64,000 nucleotides of DNA from Nostoc sp. DedSLP01 (GTDB lineage Bacteria > Cyanobacteriota > Cyanobacteriia > Cyanobacteriales > Nostocaceae): contig JAVRCJ020000018.1 of assembly GCA_034530875.2 (NCBI GenBank), positions 1 through 64,000 on the forward strand. The letters are read 5' to 3'. The position numbers and the translations under genes were made by a program. Below the pieces are notes generated by a model, which made no database searches, had not been told where the DNA came from, and saw nothing but the letters and a program-made list of their open reading frames with translations. Below are positions 29,859-39,590 of the stretch, piece by piece (within the stretch, counting starts at the first letter, position 1; every line of letters starts with the position of its first letter).

Positions 29859-31600
29859 GCTTGACCAAAAAGAGCAACGAAAAGCCTTTAATGGCTCAAA
29901 GAAATGGTCGCTTTGCAATCATCGAACAACTTCTGGCAGATGGTATAAACTACATGTTTGGCAACCCTGGCACTGTTGAGCAGGGGTTTCTAGACGCGTT
30001 AAAGGACTATTATCCAGAATTTAAATATATCTTTGCATTGCAAGAAACAATAGCAGTAGGTGCAGGCGATGGCTATGCCCGCGCCACCAAAAAACCTACT
30101 ATCGTGCAACTCCATAGCGGAGTCGGTTTAGGCAATGGCATAGGCATGATTTATCAGGCCATGCGCGGTCATGCACCGTTAGTAGTATTAGCTGGCGAAG
30201 CTGGCATCTGCTACGATGCGATGGATGCTCAAATGGCAGCAGATTTGGTCAGTATGGCTAAGCCTGTAACAAAATGGTCAACTAGGGTAGTCGATCCTTC
30301 TTCTTTGTTACGCGTGCTACGTCGAGCCATCAAAATAGCTGCTACGCCCCCTATGGGGCCGGTGTTCGTCTCCCTACCGATGGATATCCTTGATGCTGCT
30401 AATTATGAAGAGGTTGTTCCGACTTCTTTCCCAGTAACACGGGTTGCCCCCGAACCCGACCAACTAGCAACAGCAGCAACTTTACTGGCTGCTGCTAAAC
30501 ATCCCCTGATTATCATGGGCGATGGCGTAGCTTTTTCCGATGCCCAGGCTGAATTGACAGATGTAGCCGAACTTCTCGGCGCCCAAGTCTGGGGAGCAGA
30601 CTCATCGGAAGCGAATATGAGTGCTACACATCCTCTGTTCGGCGGGCTGCTGGGTCACATGTTTGGCGATGATAGCCGTCGCGTAACATCACAAGCAGAC
30701 GTAATATTGATTACTGGAACTTACGTTTTTCCAGAGGTATTTCCGGCGCTGTCTGGAGTTTTTGCCCCGTCAGCGAAAGTTATTCACATTGACTTGAATA
30801 CATACGAAATAGCGAAGAACTTTCCAGTGGATCTGGGACTGCTTGGCGATCCAAAAACTACGCTGAGCAAGTTAAGCACTGTTCTGAAGTCAACCATGAC
30901 ACCCGAACAGAAGCAAGAGGCTTCTAAAAGGGCTAGTCAAATAGCTGAGAGCAAGAACCGGGAATCAGCTGCTCGACTTGAGGCTGACAAAGCAGTTCGA
31001 GATGCAGTACCTCTGCACATGACTCGTTTTGCAGAAGAATTGGCTGCCCATTTGCCAGCAGATGCAATTATTTTCGATGAAGCCATTACCAATTCTCCAG
31101 AACTTTGTCGGTACATCCCACCGATAAAACTAGGGCAATATTTCCAAACACGAGGCGGTTCGCTTGGTGTTGGTATTCCGGGAGCGATCGGTATTAAGCT
31201 GGCTAATCCAGATAAAACTGTGTTCGGGTTCACAGGTGATGGCGGGAGTATGTATACTATTCAAGCCCTCTGGACTGCTGCCCATCACAACATAGATGCC
31301 AAATTTGTCATCTGCAATAATCACAGCTATCAAATCTTGAAGCTCAACATTTTGCACTATTGGCACGAACAGGAAATACCAGAACACGACTACCCATCCT
31401 CTTTTAACCTGTGCAATCCAAATATCAATTTCGCTGAATTAGCAAACTCTTTGGGAGTTGAGGCTGTTCGGGTAGAGACGCCAGATGCGATTGCTCCAGC
31501 TATCCAAAAAGCATTGAATCACAATGGCCCATTTTTGATTGATTTAGTACTGACAAACGAAATTGTCGGTACAAAGATTGGCGTTAAGTGCGGTCAATAG
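29852..31600 (+). CDS. Thiamine-diphosphate-dependent enzyme (benzoylformate-decarboxylase/acetolactate-synthase-like)
   Basis: FGNPGTVE, LQE...GDGYARAT, ThDP motif GDGGSMY...CNN. Confidence 0.92.
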   Translation: MVSLTKKSNEKPLMAQRNGRFAIIEQLLADGINYMFGNPGTVEQGFLDALKDYYPEFKYIFALQETIAVGAGDGYARATKKPTIVQLHSGVGLGNGIGMIYQAMRGHAPLVVLAGEAGICYDAMDAQMAADLVSMAKPVTKWSTRVVDPSSLLRVLRRAIKIAATPPMGPVFVSLPMDILDAANYEEVVPTSFPVTRVAPEPDQLATAATLLAAAKHPLIIMGDGVAFSDAQAELTDVAELLGAQVWGADSSEANMSATHPLFGGLLGHMFGDDSRRVTSQADVILITGTYVFPEVFPALSGVFAPSAKVIHIDLNTYEIAKNFPVDLGLLGDPKTTLSKLSTVLKSTMTPEQKQEASKRASQIAESKNRESAARLEADKAVRDAVPLHMTRFAEELAAHLPADAIIFDEAITNSPELCRYIPPIKLGQYFQTRGGSLGVGIPGAIGIKLANPDKTVFGFTGDGGSMYTIQALWTAAHHNIDAKFVICNNHSYQILKLNILHYWHEQEIPEHDYPSSFNLCNPNINFAELANSLGVEAVRVETPDAIAPAIQKALNHNGPFLIDLVLTNEIVGTKIGVKCGQ

Positions 31601-31639
31601 TAGACCAGAATTTTTACTCAATTAAAAGGGAGAAAAGCA

Positions 31640-32089
31640 ATGACAGTAGCTAAAATAGCACCTCTAACAGAATCAGAAATCAAACAACTGGCAGCAGATT
31701 GGTATTTAAAATTAGATGTTCACGCTCCGCTAGAAGATTATATTCCTTTTCTAGCTGAAGATGGTTTAGAAATGCGCTTTCCTGAAGCTACAGTTTATGG
31801 TTTTGATGGATTTAAAGGTTGGTACGATCGCGTTATCAGGATTTTCTTTGATGAAGTCCATACCTTAAAGCAAGTCAACGTTCAGCCTTCGGGAGATGAG
31901 GCGACTGTTCAAGTCATCGTCAAATGGGAAGCTAGCGTCTGGAACCCACCAGCAGCCAAAAGTCAACGCATTATTTTGGATGCTTATCAAACTTGGATCG
32001 TGAAGCGATCGCTTCAAACAGGTAAGCCAGTGATTGCAACCTACATTGTTGATTCACTTAGTTACTATGAAGGGTCTGCTCGCCTTTAA
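31640..32089 (+). CDS. NTF2/SnoaL-like protein
   Basis: 149 aa, WYLKLDVH...LEMRFPE...G.DGFKGWY...FFDEVH; GGGAG RBS. Confidence 0.8.
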   Translation: MTVAKIAPLTESEIKQLAADWYLKLDVHAPLEDYIPFLAEDGLEMRFPEATVYGFDGFKGWYDRVIRIFFDEVHTLKQVNVQPSGDEATVQVIVKWEASVWNPPAAKSQRIILDAYQTWIVKRSLQTGKPVIATYIVDSLSYYEGSARL

Positions 32090-32215
32090 ATAAGTTTGCA
32101 GACATCCGCAAAAAAATGAAGTTTTGGGGCGCATATAACCACCGGAAAAATAATTATGTCTAATTATTGGCGCTCCATACTCATCAGTTCTATAACAATT
32201 ACAGGAGATATAAAA

Positions 32216-32590
32216 GTGACAGTTTCAACAATTTCACCCGGACGGCAATTCTTTGACAAACATCTAGAAACTATTGCTGCCGGAAAAATCGATGAAATGG
32301 TGGATAGAGATTATGCAGAAGATGCTGTATTAATCACCTTTTTCAATGGCTTTGAAAATACACCTGCACCAATCACAATTACAGGGCGTGAAAATATCAA
32401 GACATTCTTTCACGATTACCTGAGAACGATTGAATACATTGATATTAAATCTCTGGACTTTACAGAAGCAGAAAACGCTATTTTTTTCCAAGCAAAATTT
32501 AACTGTAAACTTGGTCTAGTATCAGTTGGAGATGCCTGGACTATTCGTAACGGACAGATTGCTTATCACTTTGGTTTTTGGGCTTCTTAA
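32216..32590 (+). CDS. NTF2/SnoaL-like protein
   Basis: GTG after AGGAG; DYAEDAVL...GRENIKTFF...DAWTIRNGQIAYHF. Confidence 0.8.
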   Translation: MTVSTISPGRQFFDKHLETIAAGKIDEMVDRDYAEDAVLITFFNGFENTPAPITITGRENIKTFFHDYLRTIEYIDIKSLDFTEAENAIFFQAKFNCKLGLVSVGDAWTIRNGQIAYHFGFWAS

Positions 32591-32798
32591 AATAGTATAA
32601 ATTTTAGGCGATGGCGGTTGTTTTTAGTTAAAAACTAGTGCCGACTAAAAATGAACTTCATTCCTATCCTTGCCCTAACCTCTTTCAGTCTTATACCAAT
32701 TCTCTAAAATTCGGCAACAGATTCAAACTTTGAAACCTAGATACAATCTGAATTTCTTAATTGCGAATTGGTATTAATCCCCTACATATAGGACTACC

Positions 32799-33620
32799 AT
32801 GAGTACACCAATAGAAAAATTGCTTGTTTCTCCCATCAGCCAGCTCTATAAAGAACATATCGGTTTTATCAAAGCTAAAAATGTTGATGGTTTGTTAAAT
32901 CAGTATGCTGATGATGCTCTGCTCATTAGCACTTTAACTGAAGATCGCCAACCGCTTTACGTACAAGGCCGTCAAGCACTAAAAGAGTTTTTTGAAGGCC
33001 GGATTTTTGGTTTAGAAGATTTTGAAATCAGGCTTAATCAATGGGCTGAAACCGAAAACACGCTGATGATGGTCGAGGAGTTAACAACTACAAGTAAGAC
33101 CGGTGAAGCCGGTAGTGTTGAGTTTTACGATAACTGGTTTTTGCAAGATGGAAAAATTGCTATCCACTTTGCTGGTGTAATTCAGTATCCAGATAAAACT
33201 TATGTAAATGCAGGGACAATTACAACAGAAGTACCTGCATCACCATTGGGCAAGTTGTATAAAGAGCATATCGGTTTTATTAAAGCGAAGAATGTTGATG
33301 GTTTACTCAACCAATATGCTGAAGATGTCTTGCTTATTAGCACCTTAACTGAAAATCGCAAACCGATTTACGTGCGCGGTCGCCAAGCACTCAAACAGTT
33401 CTTTGAAAGCCGTATCTTCAGTTTAGAAGATTTTGAGGTCAAGCTTCACCAGTGGGCTGAAACTGAGAACGCGCTGATGATAGTTGAAAACTTGAAAACC
33501 AGAAGTGTCAATGGCGATGTTGGCGAGGTGAGTTTCTATGATAACTGGGTGTTGCGCGATCGCAAAATAGCCGTTCACTTTGCTGGTGTAGTTCAGTACC
33601 CTGATGGAACCTACGCATAA
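32799..33620 (+). CDS. Tandem two-domain NTF2/SnoaL-like protein
   Basis: Two near-identical halves LYKEHIGFIKAKNVDGLLNQYA.D.LLISTLTE...FYDNW.L.D.KIA.HFAGV.QYPD. Confidence 0.85.
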   Translation: MSTPIEKLLVSPISQLYKEHIGFIKAKNVDGLLNQYADDALLISTLTEDRQPLYVQGRQALKEFFEGRIFGLEDFEIRLNQWAETENTLMMVEELTTTSKTGEAGSVEFYDNWFLQDGKIAIHFAGVIQYPDKTYVNAGTITTEVPASPLGKLYKEHIGFIKAKNVDGLLNQYAEDVLLISTLTENRKPIYVRGRQALKQFFESRIFSLEDFEVKLHQWAETENALMIVENLKTRSVNGDVGEVSFYDNWVLRDRKIAVHFAGVVQYPDGTYA

Positions 33621-33657
33621 TTAAGTTTACTTTGTTATATCAGTAAGGACTGAAGTA

Positions 33658-34095
33658 ATGGCTTTGCTAAAAGTTTCCCAAATGGCAATTAGTTGCAAAG
33701 ATCCGATCGCAACTGAAAAGTTCTACACAAAATATTTCGGCTTTAAGCGAGCAAGGGTTGCACCAGTTGGCAATAACGAGCAGATTGTCTTTCTGAAATT
33801 GGGTGATATGTACCTTGAACTCTTCCAGGCAAAAGGAGAAACCCCCGTCCCTTTAGCCACTCAAGACGGACCTACCTATCCAGCTTGGCGGCATTTTGGT
33901 TTTCAGGTTGATGATGTTGATGCTAAGCTGGCTGAAATCGGCAAAGATGCAAAAGTGACCCTTGGGCCGCTCAACTTTGATAGTTTTATTCCTGGGTGGC
34001 GCACGGTTTGGGTATCCGATCCAGATGGCAATATCGTTGAAATTAGCCAGGGATACGTCGATCAGGAGAATCCACCACAATTGTCAGCAAATTGA
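33658..34095 (+). CDS. VOC/glyoxalase family protein
   Basis: FYTKYFGF, YLELF, HFGFQVDDVD, SDPDGNIVEI. Confidence 0.92.
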   Translation: MALLKVSQMAISCKDPIATEKFYTKYFGFKRARVAPVGNNEQIVFLKLGDMYLELFQAKGETPVPLATQDGPTYPAWRHFGFQVDDVDAKLAEIGKDAKVTLGPLNFDSFIPGWRTVWVSDPDGNIVEISQGYVDQENPPQLSAN

Positions 34096-34237
34096 GGGTA
34101 ATTGCAACTGAGCTATATACAGCATTCCTCAATCGCAGATGAACAAGTTCAAAATTGCGATCGATTAACTAAATTTTGTTCAAAACTTAAATGAATTGCT
34201 GTATATAGCTTAATTATTGATTGGCACACAGAAACTC

Positions 34238-35080
34238 ATGAATACTTTCACAAATTGGAAAACCCTTAATTGGCCTGAATATGGTGCAGAATTGCTGGGA
34301 ACTGCTTTCAATATCTTGGTTGGATTCAGTATAATTACCTTCAATTTTGGTAAAGGCTTGCCTATGGAGCATCTCATCCCAGCAGTGAGTCCTCGTTTAT
34401 TAATTAATGGTCTCATTTTCGCTGGAAGTGGTGCATTATTTAGCATTTCACCTTTAGGAAAACTGAGTGGTTCGCACCTTAACCCTTGTTTATCATTGGC
34501 ATTCTTTTTGCAAGGTAAAATGCATAAACAGGACTTGATTGGATATATTTTCAGTCAATTTATTGGCGCAATTATTGGCACATCTTTAGCATTAGCTTTG
34601 TGGGGTAAATACTTGATAAGTGTCAATTATTGCATCACTTTACCTGGGATAGGCTATCCGTTATGGTATGTATTTCTAGCTGAAGTTTTCATGACATTTC
34701 TGTTAGTGCTGTCCATTTTTATCTTCTTGAGTCATCATCAGCTATTGCGGTGGACACCCCTAATGGTATGGGTTCTGGTGGCAACTATGGTTTGGTTAGG
34801 AGCGCCAATTTCTGGTACTAGTTTGAATACAGCACGCAGTATGGGCCCTGCTTTCGTAGCATGGTCTTGGCAAAACCAATGGCTTTATTGTATTGCATCT
34901 CCACTTGGTGCATTAACTGCTGTAGGAGTTTTTCAACTGATAGCTATGGGCGAACGCGAAGTTTTAACAGGGAAACTTTTTCATGTTCCCAATTATCGTT
35001 GCATTTTTAAAAATGTTAAAGTGCCACATTTACCAAAGCATCAGCAAAATTCAAGAATAATTCACAGTTCTGACTCCTGA
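34238..35080 (+). CDS. MIP/aquaporin family channel with non-canonical NPA boxes
   Basis: AELLGT, SGSHLNPC, AEVFMT, SGTSLNTARS; six hydrophobic helices. Confidence 0.9.
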   Translation: MNTFTNWKTLNWPEYGAELLGTAFNILVGFSIITFNFGKGLPMEHLIPAVSPRLLINGLIFAGSGALFSISPLGKLSGSHLNPCLSLAFFLQGKMHKQDLIGYIFSQFIGAIIGTSLALALWGKYLISVNYCITLPGIGYPLWYVFLAEVFMTFLLVLSIFIFLSHHQLLRWTPLMVWVLVATMVWLGAPISGTSLNTARSMGPAFVAWSWQNQWLYCIASPLGALTAVGVFQLIAMGEREVLTGKLFHVPNYRCIFKNVKVPHLPKHQQNSRIIHSSDS

Positions 35081-35343
35081 ATGGTGAATAAAAATGAACA
35101 GGTAATCTACCCTTACACCCCATCAGTAAAGACGCGATTAATCGCGTCTCTACTTTCTTTTTCCAGCTAGACTCACCAGTATATTGAAAGCCACTACATC
35201 TGCTCGTATTCGACACGATTTAGTGTGATGTTTCACCGGATATTAGACCTTTTGCATAAATATTTCTTGTATCGCGCAGAGGCGCAGAGACGCAGAAAAG
35301 AGAAGACCTGAAAACATTAAAATTCTCTATAAGGAGAAAACCA

Positions 35344-36117
35344 ATGAAGAAACTAGAAGGTAAGGTAGCTTTAGTAACTGGTAGTAGTGGAGGAATTGGC
35401 CAAGCTATTGCCGTACATCTTGCCGAACAAGGTGCAGATGTTGTGATTGATTACCGCTCTCATCCTGAAGGCGCCGAAGAAACTCTGTCGAAAGTAGAAG
35501 CTGCTGGCAGTAAAGGTTTAACTGTTAAAGCTGATTTGAGTTTAATTAGCGACATCCGTAAACTTATAGACGAAGGTATTCAATACTTTGGCAAGTTAGA
35601 CATTCTAGTGAACAACGCTGGAATCGACGGTCGGAATGCTGATTTCTGGAACATTACCGAAGCCGACTATGATGCAGTGATTAATCTCAACCTCAAAGGG
35701 ACATTTTTCGCAACTCAAGCAATAGTGCAGCATTTCATCGAAACCAAGCGAACTGGCAAAATCATCAATATTAGCTCTACCCATGAGGAAATAGCATTCC
35801 CACATTTCACTGCCTATTGTGCCAGCAAGGGCGGTGTAAAAATGATGATGCGTAATTTAGCAGTTGAGCTTGGGCCTTTGGGAATTACAATTAACAACGT
35901 GGCTCCTGGAGCAATCGAAACACCAATTAATACTAAGCTGTTAAACGATCCAGAAAAATTAGCAGCCTTGTTAAAAAATATTCCCTTGGGTCGTTTAGGC
36001 AAGCCAGAGGATATCGCACCTATAGTTGCTTTCTTAGCTTCAGCTGATGCTGACTACATCACAGGCGCAACCTTCTATGTAGATGGAGGATTGAGCCGAA
36101 ACTATCACGAGCAATAG
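35344..36117 (+). CDS. Glucose-1-dehydrogenase-like SDR
   Basis: TGSSGGIG, IDYRS, SSTHE, YCASKGG, APGAIETPIN, IPLGRLG. Confidence 0.88.
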   Translation: MKKLEGKVALVTGSSGGIGQAIAVHLAEQGADVVIDYRSHPEGAEETLSKVEAAGSKGLTVKADLSLISDIRKLIDEGIQYFGKLDILVNNAGIDGRNADFWNITEADYDAVINLNLKGTFFATQAIVQHFIETKRTGKIINISSTHEEIAFPHFTAYCASKGGVKMMMRNLAVELGPLGITINNVAPGAIETPINTKLLNDPEKLAALLKNIPLGRLGKPEDIAPIVAFLASADADYITGATFYVDGGLSRNYHEQ

Positions 36118-36368
36118 GTACTATCACTAGAGAAGCGGCTTACCATTCGCGTAGCGTCTCATCAAGAAGAGAACGCTACCACCAAGACGGCTTTCCTTCA
36201 GACACGCGAACGCGAAACGTCTCGTTCGCGTCTTTGAAGGAGAAGAACGCCAACGATTCCTAGAGCGTGTAAGTTTTGCATTAATCTAAAATCGGCATAG
36301 ATAGTGTTCTTTGAGCCACTTAAATCAGCCTTGTGCTAAAGACTTTTAATCCAAAATCCTAAATTGCT

Positions 36369-39029
36369 ATGACCCAAGAAGAAGCAAGATTGGCAGCAGA
36401 CCGCGATCGCACAGCCTACTGGAAACGATGGGGTTCCTATCTGAGCGAACGGCAGTGGGGAACGGTGCGGGAAGACTATAGCCCTAATGGTACCGCCTGG
36501 GAATTCTTTCCCCACGACCATGCCCGCTCCCGTGCTTATCGCTGGGGAGAAGATGGGATTGCAGGAATTTCTGATAATCATCAGCGACTATGTTTTGCGA
36601 TCGCTCTCTGGAATGGTGAAGATGCAATCCTCAAAGAGAGACTTTTCGGCCTCACAGGGAATGAGGGGAATCACGGTGAAGATGTTAAAGAATACTACTT
36701 CTACCTGGATAACACCCCGACTCATTCCTACATGAAATATCTTTATAAATATCCCCAAGCTGCTTTCCCATACAGCCAGCTGGTAGAGGAAAATCACCGC
36801 AGAGGTCGCCAAAGTCCAGAGTTTGAATTAATCGACACAGGTATATTTGACCGAGACCGCTATTTTGATGTCTTCGTTGAGTATGCTAAGGCTTCACCCG
36901 ACGACATTTTAATTGAAATCAGTGCCATCAACCGAGGCCCCGAAGCAAAAACGCTGCATTTGCTACCAACGCTTTGGTTTCGCAACACCTGGTCTTGGAC
37001 TGGCGATCGAGAAGAAAAACCCTGGTTAAAAATTAGCCAATCCAACTCTGACCTCAGCACCATCGAAGCTTATCACCCTTCTTTAGAAACCCGATGGTTG
37101 TATTGTAATGAAACTCCAGAACTACTATTTACAGAAAATGAGACTAATAATCAAAGATTGTTTGGGGTCAGCAATGCTTCGCCATACGTTAAAGATGGAA
37201 TCAATAATTATGTAGTCAATGGGCAAAAAACGGCTGTCAATCCCAATCGCATTGGTACTAAGTTTGCAGCTAATTACAAATTGCACATCGGTGCAGGCGA
37301 AACTAAGACAATACGATTGCGGTTAAGTGACGTACAAAATTTAATTGCACCATTCGGGGCTGAATTTGACACAGTTTGGCAAGAACGCCAGCGCGAGGCA
37401 GATGAATTTTATCAGCGAATTTGTCCGTTTTCGTTGTTAGAGGATAGGCGTAATGTGCAGCGGCAAGCATTTGCTGGGATGTTATGGAGCAAACAATTTT
37501 ACTACTACGTAGCTGAACAATGGCTAAAAGGCGATCCGACTGGCCCGCAGCCGCCAACATCTCGGCTCAATGGCAGAAACCATGAATGGTTTCATTTATT
37601 TAACGACGATGTGCTTTCTATGCCCGATAAATGGGAATATCCTTGGTTTGCGGCTTGGGATTTAGCTTTTCATGTAATTCCTTTGGCCATGATTGACCCG
37701 GATTTTGCCAAGCTGCAACTGAGCCGCTTGACACGGGAATGGTATATGCATCCTAACGGTCAACTACCAGCTTATGAATGGGCTTTTGGTGATGTAAATC
37801 CGCCGGTTCATGCTTGGGCAGCATGGCAAGTTTATCAGATTGAGCAAAAAATCTATGGTCGTGCGGATAAAAAATTTCTGGAGAGTGTTTTTCAGAAATT
37901 ACTGGTGAACTTTACTTGGTGGGTTAACCGGAAAGATTTTGAGGGCAAAAATATCTTTCAGGGTGGCTTTCTGGGTATGGATAATATTGGTGTCTTCGAT
38001 CGCAGCGTTCAATTACCAACTGGCGGGTATTTGCAACAAGCAGATGGCACAAGTTGGATGGCGATGTATTCTCTGAATATGCTAACTATCGCCCTAGAGT
38101 TAGCGAAAGAAAATTCTACCTACGAAGATATCGCCAGCAAGTTTTTCGAGCATTTTTTATACATTGCTGATGCCATGAACGGCGTTGGCGATGCCGAAAT
38201 AGCGTTATGGGATGAAATTGATGGCTTTTACTACGATGCTCTACATTTACCTGATAATCATCAATTCCCGATGAAAGTGCGATCGCTTGTGGGGCTAATT
38301 CCATTATGTGCAGTCAGCATTTTAGAATCACAAACCTTAGAACAACTCCCAGGCTTTAAGCAACGCACGCAATGGTTTCTCAAAAATCGCCCTGACTTAA
38401 CCCGAAATATTGCTTGTATGCAGAAACAAGGAATTGGCGAGCGTCGGCTGTTAGCCATCGCTTATCCAGATAAACTCCGTCGCATCCTAGAAAAAATGTT
38501 AGATGCAACAGAATTTTTCGGCCCTTATGGTATTCGCTCTGTTTCTAAAGTTCATGCCGACCATCCTTACGTTTTGACCGTAGATGGTCGGCAGTATCGA
38601 GTAGATTACGAACCTGCTGAGTCTAGCACAGGAATGTTTGGTGGTAATTCCAACTGGCGGGGCCCGATTTGGTTTCCCATTAATTATTTACTACTAGAAT
38701 CGCTACAAAAGTTCTATCGCTACTTCGGCGACGATTTCAAAGTTGAGTGTCCCACTGGTTCAGGTCAAATGATGACACTTAAGGAAGTATCAATTGAATT
38801 AGCTCAAAGGCTGATCCAAATTTTCCTAACAGATGAGTCTGGTAGACGACCTTTTTATGGTGGAACAGAGAAATTCCAAACTGACCCGAATTGGCGCGAC
38901 CTAATTCTATTCAATGAATACTTTCATGGAGATAATGGTGCTGGTATTGGTGCTAGCCATCAAACTGGTTGGACAGGTTTAATCGCCAAATTAATCCAGC
39001 AATGTGCAGAACAAGTGTTATCAGATTAA
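36369..39029 (+). CDS. GH63/MGH1-like glycoside hydrolase (glucosidase)
   Basis: [66 protein letters not shown]. Confidence 0.9.
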   Translation: MTQEEARLAADRDRTAYWKRWGSYLSERQWGTVREDYSPNGTAWEFFPHDHARSRAYRWGEDGIAGISDNHQRLCFAIALWNGEDAILKERLFGLTGNEGNHGEDVKEYYFYLDNTPTHSYMKYLYKYPQAAFPYSQLVEENHRRGRQSPEFELIDTGIFDRDRYFDVFVEYAKASPDDILIEISAINRGPEAKTLHLLPTLWFRNTWSWTGDREEKPWLKISQSNSDLSTIEAYHPSLETRWLYCNETPELLFTENETNNQRLFGVSNASPYVKDGINNYVVNGQKTAVNPNRIGTKFAANYKLHIGAGETKTIRLRLSDVQNLIAPFGAEFDTVWQERQREADEFYQRICPFSLLEDRRNVQRQAFAGMLWSKQFYYYVAEQWLKGDPTGPQPPTSRLNGRNHEWFHLFNDDVLSMPDKWEYPWFAAWDLAFHVIPLAMIDPDFAKLQLSRLTREWYMHPNGQLPAYEWAFGDVNPPVHAWAAWQVYQIEQKIYGRADKKFLESVFQKLLVNFTWWVNRKDFEGKNIFQGGFLGMDNIGVFDRSVQLPTGGYLQQADGTSWMAMYSLNMLTIALELAKENSTYEDIASKFFEHFLYIADAMNGVGDAEIALWDEIDGFYYDALHLPDNHQFPMKVRSLVGLIPLCAVSILESQTLEQLPGFKQRTQWFLKNRPDLTRNIACMQKQGIGERRLLAIAYPDKLRRILEKMLDATEFFGPYGIRSVSKVHADHPYVLTVDGRQYRVDYEPAESSTGMFGGNSNWRGPIWFPINYLLLESLQKFYRYFGDDFKVECPTGSGQMMTLKEVSIELAQRLIQIFLTDESGRRPFYGGTEKFQTDPNWRDLILFNEYFHGDNGAGIGASHQTGWTGLIAKLIQQCAEQVLSD

Positions 39030-39068
39030 TTTCCCAATTTTGATAAATTACTAATTTTCATGAACACT

Positions 39069-39096
39069 GGATGCGTTAGCTCAGGCTAACGCATCC
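39069..39096 (+). terminator. Stem-loop after GH63 gene
   Basis: GGATGCGTTAGC-TCAG-GCTAACGCATCC, a perfect 12-bp stem. Confidence 0.6.
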
Positions 39097-39280
39097 TAAA
39101 GTTTGTATATCTCAAGGTGAGTTCGCTTAATTACTTATAAATCCAGAAACATCCCACCTGCCTTACCAAAGGGAAGGTTGGAGAGGGGTAAGCGAGGACT
39201 TTAATTATAACTAATCATCCAAACTTGATATTATATAATTCTTGCCAATATTCTTATATACTTCTTATCAAAAAAAATAC

Positions 39281-39307
39281 AAACTTTCCCCAAAACTTAA
39301 ACCCTTG
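39281..39307 (+). promoter_or_regulatory. Shared 27-bp motif (copy upstream of glgX-AGE unit)
   Basis: AAAAAAATAC-AAACTTTCCCCAAAACTTAAACCCTTG, with TTGCAA-N18-TAAAAT. Confidence 0.65.
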
Positions 39308-39590
39308 CAACTATAGTTAAATAACTACTAAAATTATTTTATCTAAACTACTTAACAGGCAATTAAATTACCTAAATAAGTAGAATTTACTTTATTTACA
39401 AAGCTTTGACTCAATAATTACTGAATAGATGTATGAGTAGGTTTTACCAAGAGTAAGCCTTATCCAGGGCAAGATTGTAGTCAAAAATTAAGGGGTAATT
39501 TAACACGAATTTAGTTATTAATAACTTTTTGATAGCTAGAAATGTGCAAAATAACCTGCTAATTAAATGCCATAAGGACAGAGAGAAAGA

